Source of the DNA: a virus
Lineage: Duplodnaviria; Caudoviricetes
DNA length: 64,000 bases
Virus record (IMG/VR): IMGVR_UViG_3300020037_003123
Span: 3,412-67,411 of that record
Direction: 5' to 3' (one strand)
The notes under the pieces were generated by a model, which had not been told where the DNA came from, ran no database searches, and worked only from the letters and a program-made list of their open reading frames with translations. Positions 47,189-56,873 of the stretch are shown here, piece by piece. Each line of letters begins with the position of its first letter. The stretch's first letter is position 1. The translations under genes were made by a program, and so were the position numbers.

Positions 47189-47538
47189 TTTTTGTGTTTT
47201 TCGTTATACCACTTTTCTATCTCTATAAATTGCTTGCCTCCTAAACTATCTAATTTTCTTTTATATACTTCTCTTTCTCGCATAATAGAATCATTTTCTG
47301 CGTTTGGTGGGTAATCATATGCATTTCCATTCATATCAACAAACCATATTGCTGGTTCAGGGCGAATTGCATTTGGGTTGGTATCTAATGCTTTGCCATA
47401 GTCAATTGCTATTTTGATATTAATTTGATATAAACTATCAACATATTTTTCGTATTCAGCTCTAGATTTAGGTGGGTGTGCATTTGTTATAACATAACCT
47501 AACATTAATAAGATAAATAATAACTTTTTCATATTCAT
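47185..47538 (-). CDS. Hypothetical secreted protein
   Basis: MKKLLFILLMLG signal-like N-terminus. Confidence 0.6.
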   Translation of the reverse strand: MNMKKLLFILLMLGYVITNAHPPKSRAEYEKYVDSLYQINIKIAIDYGKALDTNPNAIRPEPAIWFVDMNGNAYDYPPNAENDSIMREREVYKRKLDSLGGKQFIEIEKWYNEKHKK

Positions 47539-47565
47539 GTACTTTAATATCTAAATATAGTAAAG

Positions 47566-48237
47566 TTATTTTGCCAAAGCTAAATATTCTTTATCTACTT
47601 TATTATCATCTACGCCAGGAGTCATAGTTTCACCAGCTATTTTAATAACCCATTTACCTGCTTTCCATAGTTTTATTGTAGTTTCTCTATAATCTTTATG
47701 TGCTTTTTGTACCTCTTTTATATCATTTTCATCACTAACCCAAAAATCAGGATTTACTTTGTCTTTATAAAATTCTAATACTTTTTTATCAGAACCATCC
47801 TTATCCATTTTTGTATCACCTGATAGACCTTTACTTTTCATCCAATCTACAAAATCATTCCATTGTTTCATTTGATCTACTGTTAAGTCAGTTTTAATGA
47901 ATTGTTTGACTTGATCTAAACTTTGTGGTACTTTTGTTTTTGTAACAACTGATGGTACACCTTTAGTTGGAGCAGATATTTTTGTTTCTTCTCTTTCAGG
48001 AGATAAGAATTTAAATTGAGATGTTACTGAACCTATTATACCATCTATAGGTGTAGTTGTTCTTGTTGTATCTTTAACGGTTTGAGTTATTGCTGTTGGT
48101 GCTTTGGCAACTGATTTTGCTTTTGCTCCGCCTAATGTACTAGCAGCCATCATAGCTCCTAATGCTATATCTTTAGCACCTATTTCCTCAATGCGGTCTT
48201 GCTCTATTTCTTTTAAAAGATCAGTTAGTTTAATCAT
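47566..48237 (-). CDS. Hypothetical protein with MIKLTDLLKE tag followed by a hydrophobic segment
   Basis: Direct translation. Confidence 0.7.
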   Translation of the reverse strand: MIKLTDLLKEIEQDRIEEIGAKDIALGAMMAASTLGGAKAKSVAKAPTAITQTVKDTTRTTTPIDGIIGSVTSQFKFLSPEREETKISAPTKGVPSVVTKTKVPQSLDQVKQFIKTDLTVDQMKQWNDFVDWMKSKGLSGDTKMDKDGSDKKVLEFYKDKVNPDFWVSDENDIKEVQKAHKDYRETTIKLWKAGKWVIKIAGETMTPGVDDNKVDKEYLALAK

Positions 48238-48371
48238 TGTTTCTGTTTTATAAAATTAATTAAATCTTCAAAAGTGATTATATTTTCTATTTCCTCATCT
48301 TTTATTTCAATATTATATTTAGATTCAATAAGTTGTAATATTTCAATTTTATATATTAGATTTTCTTCCAT
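48234..48371 (-). CDS. Unannotated 45-aa acyl-carrier-protein-like peptide
   Basis: MEENLIYKIEILQLIESKYNIEIKDEEIENIITFEDLINFIKQKQ; aligns by eye to ACP helices II-IV; ATGA overlap with the downstream gene. Confidence 0.6.
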   Translation of the reverse strand: MEENLIYKIEILQLIESKYNIEIKDEEIENIITFEDLINFIKQKQ

Positions 48372-48811
48372 ACTTGTATAGTTTCATTACCAAACGTTTC
48401 TTGAGTTTGTTTAAAATCAGAAAAATGTTTTTTTAAATAATATTCATATAATTTATTTCTAACTTCTCCTTGAGCAGCATATTCAAATTCTTGAATATTG
48501 TATTTATCAACCCAATATCTTAAAAATCCAAAAATAGTAGCTAATATACGAGGAGTATGAGAAGCATTAATTAGTTTATCCATATTAATTTTTTCAAAAT
48601 TTTCATCTGTAATCCCAAAATTAACTGATGGTCTTTTGGGATTAAAAATTGGTAATATTCTTAAACTATAATAATTATCTTTATAGGATAAATTAACTAT
48701 ACATCTTCTAGGAGATTCTTGTACTACATCATATTGAATATCTTTGCTAGATAACTCATTAGGAAGATAAATATCTATTATTTCCTTTAAAATATCAATT
48801 AGCTTAATCAT
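48356..48811 (-). CDS. Hypothetical protein with MIKLIDILKE tag
   Basis: ATG at 48811 overlaps the upstream stop. Confidence 0.7.
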   Translation of the reverse strand: MIKLIDILKEIIDIYLPNELSSKDIQYDVVQESPRRCIVNLSYKDNYYSLRILPIFNPKRPSVNFGITDENFEKINMDKLINASHTPRILATIFGFLRYWVDKYNIQEFEYAAQGEVRNKLYEYYLKKHFSDFKQTQETFGNETIQVWKKI

Positions 48812-49164
48812 CAATAATTATATCGTGCTTTGAAAAATGAATCAACTTGTGTCGGTGTATAATTATTAGCCGCTACACTTTGCTCGTGATAATATTCTCT
48901 GATAATAGTTGTTTTTTCTTTAATATTATCTATTTGATTATCAACTTGTTTTACTTCGTTTTTATAAACTTGGATAGTACTGTCAAGTTGTTTTTGATGT
49001 TCTACTAACTCTTTATTTGCTTTTGTTAAAGCATCAATAGCATCTTTATATTCTTTAGGCATTTGTGGCTGTCGCACGGACAGCCATATAATGCTAAACA
49101 ATAATAGTATACCAACTATAACGTATAGAATATATTTTTTATATTTATCTGATAATTCCAGCAC
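48811..49164 (-). CDS. N-terminal TM plus coiled-coil protein (i-spanin-like candidate)
   Basis: Single TM then long heptad region. Confidence 0.55.
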   Translation of the reverse strand: MLELSDKYKKYILYVIVGILLLFSIIWLSVRQPQMPKEYKDAIDALTKANKELVEHQKQLDSTIQVYKNEVKQVDNQIDNIKEKTTIIREYYHEQSVAANNYTPTQVDSFFKARYNY

Positions 49165-50119
49165 GGTATTGCAATTGTCTTCTTTCGTATTCGTAGTTTT
49201 CTGCTACCACATCCTCATCTTTATCTTCTACTGGTTCAATTTCTGGTGCTTTAGCAGCAATTTTACCTGTTTGTTCTTTGGCTATCTTATCTTGTAGATA
49301 TTTTGAACTTGCTATTAATGCCGCCATTCTATCTTCTAATGATTTTTTCAAGTTAGTCAAGCGCAAGATATCTTCATCTTTTGTATTAGGTCCTATATCA
49401 ATTATGCCTTTAGAACGTTTTGTTTTATTGATATTGGTTTTAGTAGCATTTAAACGGTCTTTTAATTCGCTATATTTTATAAATGCTTGATAATCTTCAT
49501 CAGACATTCCACCTTTAGCAGTGGTTTTTTCGATTTTTTCTGGTTCGATTATTGGTTCTTCATCATCTGTTTCTTCTTCACTTGATGTTGATGGTCTATC
49601 TACACCTAAGTCTAAATAAGGTCCGATTAAAAATTCTTCACCACCACGAATTGGTTCTTCTCTTTCTGCTGGTTCTTCACCTGGAGCTGGTGGTGCTTCT
49701 ACTTCACCTCCTCTTCCTAATTTAACTAATACTCCAGCATCTAATAAGCCATTAACTAAAGCATTTGCTATTTGTGGGCGAGCGAAATTAAATTGTGCTT
49801 GTAATTGTGTTTTTTCAGCTCCTGGATTTTCGCGGAAATAATTAATTATATCTTCCATTGATACTCCACTAACACGTTTAGCAGCATATTGAGAAGCATC
49901 AAAGTTTGGATCAGCTAATCTAAATCCTTTAGCAACACGAGCCATTTCTTTTATTGTTGGATCTTCTTCAACATCTATTCCTTGTTGAGTATATTTTTTA
50001 ATACTAGCTATATCTCCTTTTTTTACTTTCACAGCTCCATGACCAGGAGTTTGCCCTATTTCATTTAATACTTCTAATAGTGCTTCACGTATAATTCCAC
50101 GTAATTGTTTTGATTTCAT
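49145..50119 (-). CDS. Hypothetical (probable internal head) protein
   Basis: Start moved to MKSKQLRGIIREALLEVLNE; ends with a QYRAGIIR motif. Confidence 0.7.
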   Translation of the reverse strand: MKSKQLRGIIREALLEVLNEIGQTPGHGAVKVKKGDIASIKKYTQQGIDVEEDPTIKEMARVAKGFRLADPNFDASQYAAKRVSGVSMEDIINYFRENPGAEKTQLQAQFNFARPQIANALVNGLLDAGVLVKLGRGGEVEAPPAPGEEPAEREEPIRGGEEFLIGPYLDLGVDRPSTSSEEETDDEEPIIEPEKIEKTTAKGGMSDEDYQAFIKYSELKDRLNATKTNINKTKRSKGIIDIGPNTKDEDILRLTNLKKSLEDRMAALIASSKYLQDKIAKEQTGKIAAKAPEIEPVEDKDEDVVAENYEYERRQLQYRAGIIR

Positions 50120-50154
50120 TGTTTTGAGTTGGTTTGACGATATGTCCATAAATA

Positions 50155-50676
50155 TTAGATTAGTTGTGAGGTAATAGTGTTTATGCGTTCTTCTGTTGAA
50201 CCTTTAATTTCAATAAGTTTCTTAGGTGGATGTGCTTTTAATAATTCACGTATAATTTCATCAATCTCTGTACGATAATCAGCATTAGTTTCACGTACAC
50301 CATTATTTTCTATATCAACACCTTCAGGTGATACATAAATAACAACATCATATTCATTACGTAAATCCAACATTAAATCGAAAAAATGACGTTTTTCAAA
50401 TTTACTAATTGATTTAGCGCTGAGTGTAAATGCTATTACATCATATATTGTTCTATCAGTGATAATATTTGGTTTCATTAACTCTAAAGCACGTTCAGCA
50501 GCGAACACTATTTGACCTTTCAATGTTGAATCAGTATTTAATGCTATACCTTGATCGCGTAGATATTTACTACGTTCAGTTGCTATTTCATATCCTTTGA
50601 ATTGTTCTAACTCTTTAAGAGCGTTTACTAGTGTCGTTTTTCCTACCGACACGGTTCCTGTTAGTCCTATTTTCAT
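50155..50676 (-). CDS. P-loop kinase/ATPase (AAA_28 / NadR-like, nucleotide kinase fold)
   Basis: TGTVSVGKTT, ITDRTIYD, YD.VIY.SP. Confidence 0.8.
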   Translation of the reverse strand: MKIGLTGTVSVGKTTLVNALKELEQFKGYEIATERSKYLRDQGIALNTDSTLKGQIVFAAERALELMKPNIITDRTIYDVIAFTLSAKSISKFEKRHFFDLMLDLRNEYDVVIYVSPEGVDIENNGVRETNADYRTEIDEIIRELLKAHPPKKLIEIKGSTEERINTITSQLI

Positions 50677-50917
50677 TTTGCTTATTTATTTTTTTCATTT
50701 GACGAGCTATCTTCTTCTGTTGTTTAGCTTCCTTAATCTCTTGTTTTATCTTTTTTTCAGCACCTGCTTTATATTTAATATCTACGCTGATAGGGCCATA
50801 TGGTGATTTATTTAAATCAAATGTCCATACCTCAGTAGTATATTCATCTTCATAAGTACGACTAAATTTAGTTGGATTTTCTTGTAGTGTAATTTCTTTT
50901 GGTGGTCTACCTCTCAT
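50615..50917 (-). CDS. Hypothetical basic protein
   Basis: MRGRP start after a terminator-like hairpin; tail overlaps the kinase gene. Confidence 0.55.
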   Translation of the reverse strand: MRGRPPKEITLQENPTKFSRTYEDEYTTEVWTFDLNKSPYGPISVDIKYKAGAEKKIKQEIKEAKQQKKIARQMKKINKQNENRTNRNRVGRKNDTSKRS

Positions 50918-50929
50918 AACTTGAATTTA

Positions 50930-50955
50930 AAATAGGGGCTTTGACACCCCTATTT
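50930..50955 (-). terminator. Terminator-like hairpin
   Basis: 9-bp stem AAATAGGGG/CCCCTATTT. Confidence 0.6.
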
Positions 50956-50960
50956 ATTTA

Positions 50961-51206
50961 TTAAACTCTAGCTCCGCTTTGTTTTCCGGCAGCTGTTTTA
51001 TACCATGGAATCCCGTTAACATCAGCTTTTCGTTCTAACCATTCGTCTTTACTCATTTTAATTCCAAATAAGTAATACTCGGCTTCTCGTTTGTTACCTT
51101 GTGGGAAATAAGCTGCACCATCCCAATTGTGCATTTTGTTTATGCCTCCACAATCCACGTAATAGGCAATTGTTCCGTCTGATGTTTTAATTCTTTGTGT
51201 TTCCAT
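50961..51206 (-). CDS. Hypothetical protein
   Basis: KMHNWDG.A..P.G...EYYLFGI pattern, as in short phage beta-hairpin proteins. Confidence 0.65.
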   Translation of the reverse strand: METQRIKTSDGTIAYYVDCGGINKMHNWDGAAYFPQGNKREAEYYLFGIKMSKDEWLERKADVNGIPWYKTAAGKQSGARV

Positions 51207-51255
51207 AACTAATTTTATTTTTTATAAAGATAATAAAAGGACTTTGACAAGCCTA

Positions 51256-52275
51256 TTAGTCTAAATCAGCTAATCCAGTATCGTCTTTTTTCAAGTCGCG
51301 TTCAATATCTTTCATTGTATTGATAGCCCATCTCTTTTGTTCTGGAGTTAATTCATCATTAACAGCATTTTCTACAAATGATAAGAACTCGTCTTCTTCT
51401 AATTTATATAATTCAGCAAAGAATAATTCACGAATACGTGCATCATCTAAATCACTTTCATTATATAATTTAGTAATAGCATCATATAAGAATTTACCGA
51501 AGCGAAAATCGTTTGGTTCATTAGATAATTTATCTACAGCATTTATAATTGCTTTATTTTTTTCTTTATCAGCACCAAATCCTTCTGTACCAACGATTTC
51601 GTATAATCCTTTTACAATTTCGTGTAACAGCATGGGAAAACATAATGCTCTTGCTTTAATAACAAATTGTTCGTTTTCTTCATCATACACCATTTCACTT
51701 GTACCACCTTCCATTTTTTGTCCTTGAGCTAGTGCTGCAAGCATCATCGCAATAGCGTTTTCATCATCGTATATTCCGAATACCGATTTTAATATTTCGT
51801 TATATTTTTCTACTAATGCCGGATTAATATCATCAAGGTATTCTCTGAATAAGTAGAAACTAAATGCTCCTCTAACTGATGCGCCCTGTGTAATACCGTT
51901 TATGATACGGCGTTTTGCTTTTAATTTTTCAGTATCATCATCAAAGCTAGGTTGTAATGGATCTTCTTCACCTGGTTCTATTTCAACATTTAAATCTTCT
52001 GGTCCTGTTATTTTAGCATCTATTTTGATGTTTGCATAGTCAATAATTGGAAAAGCATCTGTTGCCATTATAGCAGCAATCATTTCTAATTCATCACGAT
52101 ATCCTTCTTCAGCATCAATAATTTCATCTAATACTGCTTTAGATCGCATTAATGTTTGCATCAAATCTTTATTACCAAGCATTTGACGTAAAGATTCACC
52201 TGACTTACCTTTTAAAGCAGCCATAGTTTTAGGGGAGAATATTTTCTCGTATTCTACTTCTAAGAGATTTGCCAT
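51256..52275 (-). CDS. Conserved hypothetical protein
   Basis: KRRIIN.ITQG, FP.LLHE.VKG.YE; begins MANLLE. Confidence 0.75.
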   Translation of the reverse strand: MANLLEVEYEKIFSPKTMAALKGKSGESLRQMLGNKDLMQTLMRSKAVLDEIIDAEEGYRDELEMIAAIMATDAFPIIDYANIKIDAKITGPEDLNVEIEPGEEDPLQPSFDDDTEKLKAKRRIINGITQGASVRGAFSFYLFREYLDDINPALVEKYNEILKSVFGIYDDENAIAMMLAALAQGQKMEGGTSEMVYDEENEQFVIKARALCFPMLLHEIVKGLYEIVGTEGFGADKEKNKAIINAVDKLSNEPNDFRFGKFLYDAITKLYNESDLDDARIRELFFAELYKLEEDEFLSFVENAVNDELTPEQKRWAINTMKDIERDLKKDDTGLADLD

Positions 52276-52526
52276 TATTTTTTTGCTTTTCTAAAACGTT
52301 TAATAATCTTTGCTAGCATTTCAGCTTCAGTCATTGTAGCTTTTGGTTTTGGACTTACACCTGGATTTCCTAATGGGCGACGAGGTTTTGGTTTACCTGT
52401 ATCTGGTTTTCCAGGATGTATAGCAGGGCCAGGTGATGGTTTAGTTGGTGCTACTGCTGGTTGTACTTCAGCTAATTCTTTTCTAATAACAGCGCGGATT
52501 GCTTCGCGTAATTGATCTTTAGTCAT
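52275..52526 (-). CDS. Pro-rich hypothetical protein
   Basis: Begins MTKDQLREAIRAVIRKELAE. Confidence 0.7.
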   Translation of the reverse strand: MTKDQLREAIRAVIRKELAEVQPAVAPTKPSPGPAIHPGKPDTGKPKPRRPLGNPGVSPKPKATMTEAEMLAKIIKRFRKAKK

Positions 52527-52553
52527 TATTGTACGTTTGTCAATAAATATTTA

Positions 52554-53333
52554 TTATTTGTATTTCCATTTATAACCATAAGCTGTTTTTTGTTTACCGG
52601 CAGCACAATCTGCTATACTATTACCTGATTTATTTAAGTATCTACCTGCTTCTTGTGCTGATTGGTATTCATTAAGTAAGTTACCTTGAAGATCATATTG
52701 AATTATAGGTTTATGATGGCCTAAATAGTTTTTATGTTTACCTATTAATGATTTACTTATTTTATCTTTCCACTCCTGATTATACATTTTATAACCTTTT
52801 TTGGACTTATCAATATTAGGTTGTTTAATCCCAATTTTTGAATTTTTAATTTTATTTTTAGTTTCTTCTTTCATTGGTAATTTAGATTTTCCTCTATTAG
52901 ATAAACCTATTTTTTCATTATGTTCTTTGGTTCTAGGAGGTTTAGGTTTATTTTTTGTTTTTTCACTAATTTTGATTCCTAATCCTTCGTATCTTTTTTG
53001 TCCTTTATGAGCTAACCCTATTTTCTTATTTCTCTCCTCAGTATAAATTTTTGAATTATATCCAGGTTTAGTTCCTACTCCTTTTTTAGACACATTGTAA
53101 AATTCTTTGCTATTAATTGCATTATATAATTTTATATAATATTCTTCTTTTTTTCTTAACTCTTCTAAGTTTGAAACTGTTTCTAATATTTCTCTTTTAA
53201 AGTTTTTTCTACCATATTTTTTAATAGCTTTGTTAAGATATACTCCACTTCCTAAATAGTAAGGATTATTATTATTAGTACTTCCTATATATTTTTTATT
53301 ATTTATTAAATTAGTAGTCAAATAAATTATCAT
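52554..53333 (-). CDS. Free-standing GIY-YIG homing endonuclease with NUMOD3/NUMOD1-like repeats
   Basis: IIYLTTNLINNKKYIG...YLGSG...EEYYI...FYN; C-terminal KPIIQYDL.G...Y.S..EA...KTAYGYKWKY. Confidence 0.87.
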   Translation of the reverse strand: MIIYLTTNLINNKKYIGSTNNNNPYYLGSGVYLNKAIKKYGRKNFKREILETVSNLEELRKKEEYYIKLYNAINSKEFYNVSKKGVGTKPGYNSKIYTEERNKKIGLAHKGQKRYEGLGIKISEKTKNKPKPPRTKEHNEKIGLSNRGKSKLPMKEETKNKIKNSKIGIKQPNIDKSKKGYKMYNQEWKDKISKSLIGKHKNYLGHHKPIIQYDLQGNLLNEYQSAQEAGRYLNKSGNSIADCAAGKQKTAYGYKWKYK

Positions 53334-53376
53334 ATATTTTATTTATAAATATATAATAATCCCAGAAAATACATTT

Positions 53377-54720
53377 CTACTTCAACATTTTAAGAATTTT
53401 TTCTGATGCATATACACCCTGAGCTGCACTTACTGCTATTCCGCGAGCACTTAATGCATCACCAACAAAATAAATATTAGGATAATCATATAATGAAAAA
53501 TTATTTGAGGTCAAAACCTCTTCACTAAGGAATTTTACTTCAGGAATATATAATGAATAATCATTATCAAAATTAAATACTTTATTTAAATCTTCAATAT
53601 AATTAATTATATAATCAGCATATTCTTTATAAATTTCTTTAAATAAATCCAAATTACCAACACTAATAACATTCATATTATCTCCACCAGAAGTTAATGA
53701 AGGTTTTCGAGTAAAGTTAGGAGAATAATGTATTCCTTTACCATCTATTTGACATTTAGATACTACATCTTTTTGGAATTGAAATGGATTATTAATACCT
53801 TTAATTTCCATAATAATACCAAAATTAGTCATATTATTAATCATATTTTCTTGTTTATAACTATGACCATTATATGATTTCATATCATAAGTAATCTCTT
53901 CAGCAACATATGCAGCATAGTTATTGCTACAAAATGAACGTGAAGAAACTTTTTCATTATGACGTTTATATAATTTAAAATCATACGCAATATCAACTAT
54001 TGATTGCATATATTTTTGAGGTAACTCCATACGAACCCCAAGTTGAACTGATTTAGGTTCTTTTTTTAAATTATACTTATCTATAAGTTTTTGAGTTAAA
54101 TCAATTCCTGATTTACCAGTACCATAAATTAGTTTATCAAATTTTAAATCTACTAAATTTACTAATTTTGTTACTTTCTGACCATCTATATATTCTATTT
54201 TACTTCTATTTACAGTTTGATTATTAAAATCAACATCATTGACTTCAATATTCCATTCAAATTTAATACCCTTCTCAACTAACCAATCATACCATCTTTT
54301 ACCTAAATCATGAAGATAATTTGTACCTATATGGTAAGCCGGTGCCATTCTCAAATTAAAATATGGTTTAATAAATTCCGGTTCTTCTGTTGGTTTAGAG
54401 AACATAATTTTTGACGGATCTGGGTGGAAACGAAGAATATAAGACCATGCTTCTTCTAATATTTGGTTTGCTTTTTCTTCACCCGTATATTTGGCAAGTT
54501 GACCTCCCACAGCATTATGAAGATATGACCACTTACCATCAGAGAAAAGTCCTGCTCCAAATCCTCCTTTCATTACTTCCTCTGGGGATCTATTATGGGG
54601 GTCTTTTCCGGCATCTATAACAGTAATTAACTCACCTGGATAGTTATTGTTTATAAGTTTGGTTACAGCGAACATTCCTGCTACTCCGGCTCCCACCACA
54701 CATATTTTTTGTTTTTTCAT
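53377..54720 (-). CDS. FAD-dependent oxidoreductase (uncharacterised COG2509-like family)
   Basis: VVGAGVAG, GGFGAGLFSDGK, GVRMELP, RSFC, VGDA..ARGI..SAAQG. Confidence 0.85.
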   Translation of the reverse strand: MKKQKICVVGAGVAGMFAVTKLINNNYPGELITVIDAGKDPHNRSPEEVMKGGFGAGLFSDGKWSYLHNAVGGQLAKYTGEEKANQILEEAWSYILRFHPDPSKIMFSKPTEEPEFIKPYFNLRMAPAYHIGTNYLHDLGKRWYDWLVEKGIKFEWNIEVNDVDFNNQTVNRSKIEYIDGQKVTKLVNLVDLKFDKLIYGTGKSGIDLTQKLIDKYNLKKEPKSVQLGVRMELPQKYMQSIVDIAYDFKLYKRHNEKVSSRSFCSNNYAAYVAEEITYDMKSYNGHSYKQENMINNMTNFGIIMEIKGINNPFQFQKDVVSKCQIDGKGIHYSPNFTRKPSLTSGGDNMNVISVGNLDLFKEIYKEYADYIINYIEDLNKVFNFDNDYSLYIPEVKFLSEEVLTSNNFSLYDYPNIYFVGDALSARGIAVSAAQGVYASEKILKMLK

Positions 54721-54738
54721 ATATTTTATTTTATTTTA

Positions 54739-55290
54739 TTATTTATATTTATATTTAAATTTAAACCCATGACATGTTTTTTGGCGACCATTACAACAAT
54801 CTTTTATTTGTTTATCTATATTGGGGGAATGTATTGACTTTTTTTCAATAAGCCAAATTTTAGCTTCTCTTAAACAAGAAAAATCTCTAATAAAATTTTC
54901 ATTTAAATCATAACATTCTACTATTTTTCCTTTTGATTCTAAATTTGCTTTAGCCAAATTTTCTAAATGTTTTTTACTAAAATTTTTAGAAACTCCTTTT
55001 AATTTATTAGATATTTTTTCTTTAATATCATTAGTATAATATTGAGAATGGTTTCCTTCTTTTAATGATTTACTTATTTTATTTCTCCATTCATGTGTGA
55101 AACATTTGTGCCCTTTTTTAGCTAAACTTATTTTTTGTTTAGTTTCTTCTGTAAAGATATTTCCATCTTGGTCTTTAATATTAGTGAAGTACCTAAAAGC
55201 TAAAGACTTTTAGGTTTTAAAAGTTAGACAAATATAAACTTTATTGGGATCTCCATAACAATTTTTTAACAAATAAATAAAAGTCTTCAT
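54739..55290 (-). pseudogene. Degenerate GIY-YIG endonuclease gene (catalytic core lost, in-frame TAA)
   Basis: ATG 55290 gives MKTFIYLLKNCYGDPNKVYICLTFKT-stop-KSLAF..., then NUMOD3-like repeats and the NUMOD1-like ORF 54739-54957 in the same frame. Confidence 0.75.
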
Positions 55291-55353
55291 AAATATTATT
55301 TCCAATAAATATATGAAGACTTTTTAGGCTATGAATCTGTCTATATGTTATAT

Positions 55354-55854
55354 TTAAGCTGGAGTTTCTTCTTCAGCTGGTTTTTCTTCAGGCGCTTCAG
55401 CTGGTGCTTTTTCGGCTGCTGCTAAATCTTTACCTATTTCTTCTCCACTATTAGATGCTGGTTGCTCTTTACCTTCTTCAGGTGCATAATTTAATTGTAA
55501 TAAATCAGCTATTGATTGTGAAGCGCGTTCTAATTCACCTAAATTATTTGGATTATATTTTTTACCTGCTATTTTAACTGTAAAATTTCCTTTACCAACA
55601 TAGATTATAGTAAAGTCTTGTCCGTTGATTAATTTAACATCAAATGTTGTTGGTTTAGGAGCAACAATATCTACATGTTTTAAAAAACGACCAAAAACTG
55701 GAGACATTAAATCTTCCATTAATTTTTTAAGACCAGGAAAGCGATAAATTAAATATAGAGACTTTTCAGCTCGTTTTTGTTGTTCTTCTTGTTCTTTAAG
55801 TGCTTTACGAACAGCAACTTTAATATATTTTTCTAATAGAATTTGTTTATCCAT
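55354..55854 (-). CDS. Hypothetical protein
   Basis: Clean ORF with acidic tail. Confidence 0.7.
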   Translation of the reverse strand: MDKQILLEKYIKVAVRKALKEQEEQQKRAEKSLYLIYRFPGLKKLMEDLMSPVFGRFLKHVDIVAPKPTTFDVKLINGQDFTIIYVGKGNFTVKIAGKKYNPNNLGELERASQSIADLLQLNYAPEEGKEQPASNSGEEIGKDLAAAEKAPAEAPEEKPAEEETPA

Positions 55855-55865
55855 GATGATAAATA

Positions 55866-56858
55866 TTAAATTTCTTTTGCTGTTTGACGAGTATCTGTAG
55901 GATATATTCCTAATCTTGCTTGTTTAATACCTAAATCATTTCTATCTGATCTAAATGTAGCCATGAAATATGGTGTATATCCTTCTGTTGGGTATGTTCC
56001 ATTTAACATATCATGATTACTTTTTAATGTATATAAATCATCATCTATTTTGATAAGTCTTATAGGTCCTTGACAAACAATTTGTACATTATTTTTATTA
56101 AAGTCAGATGAACCATAATTTATACCGTATATAGCTTTAAGACCTAATTCTTCATCTTCAACTTTACGTTTAAATCCTCCTCCTCTAACCATTTGATCTC
56201 CACCTATTTCTTTTTTTACATCTTCTGCAAAACGTTGAACTTCAGGAACATTTTTAAAGGCACTTAATCCTCCATATTGTTGGAAATCTTTTGCTGTGCT
56301 TCCATCCTTATGAGAAATGAATATTAAAGAATTACCTCTATCATCAACTAATTCAAAATCAGATTTAGGTGTATTTGGTGTATCTTGAGCTCCAACTATA
56401 TTATAATATATTTCATTTCCTATCTTAATATCAATAGGATAACCTATATTTTTAATCTGTTCTCCTAGATCGTTCATTGCTCTTTTTTCGATAGCAGTTG
56501 TTGCTCCTTTTTCTTTTCCTCCTAATTCTGGAGTTTTTAATATTTTAGAAGCAGGGATGATTAATGATTTACCATTTATATCTCCTTCAAATGATAACTT
56601 TGAAACATTTTCTAATGCTTGTAAAGCAGGTTCTTTGTATTGAGGATTAGATGCATTAAAAGCGGTATTGTTTATTATAATATAATCTACTAGTATTTCA
56701 TTTCCATCTATTAATTTGAATGGACTTTTATTCCACACTTTATCTATTATAACTTTACGTCTATCTGGGCGAAACTGTAGTTTTTTTACTTCCAAAGATG
56801 CTTCGTTAATTGTTTCAGATGATACTATTTCTTTTAATATATTTATTAATTTAATCAT
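55866..56858 (-). CDS. Putative PD-(D/E)xK nuclease-fold protein with MIKLINILKE tag
   Basis: TPKSDFELV...IFISHKDG...FQQYGGLS. Confidence 0.6.
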   Translation of the reverse strand: MIKLINILKEIVSSETINEASLEVKKLQFRPDRRKVIIDKVWNKSPFKLIDGNEILVDYIIINNTAFNASNPQYKEPALQALENVSKLSFEGDINGKSLIIPASKILKTPELGGKEKGATTAIEKRAMNDLGEQIKNIGYPIDIKIGNEIYYNIVGAQDTPNTPKSDFELVDDRGNSLIFISHKDGSTAKDFQQYGGLSAFKNVPEVQRFAEDVKKEIGGDQMVRGGGFKRKVEDEELGLKAIYGINYGSSDFNKNNVQIVCQGPIRLIKIDDDLYTLKSNHDMLNGTYPTEGYTPYFMATFRSDRNDLGIKQARLGIYPTDTRQTAKEI

Positions 56859-56873
56859 CCTTAAATAATGAAA

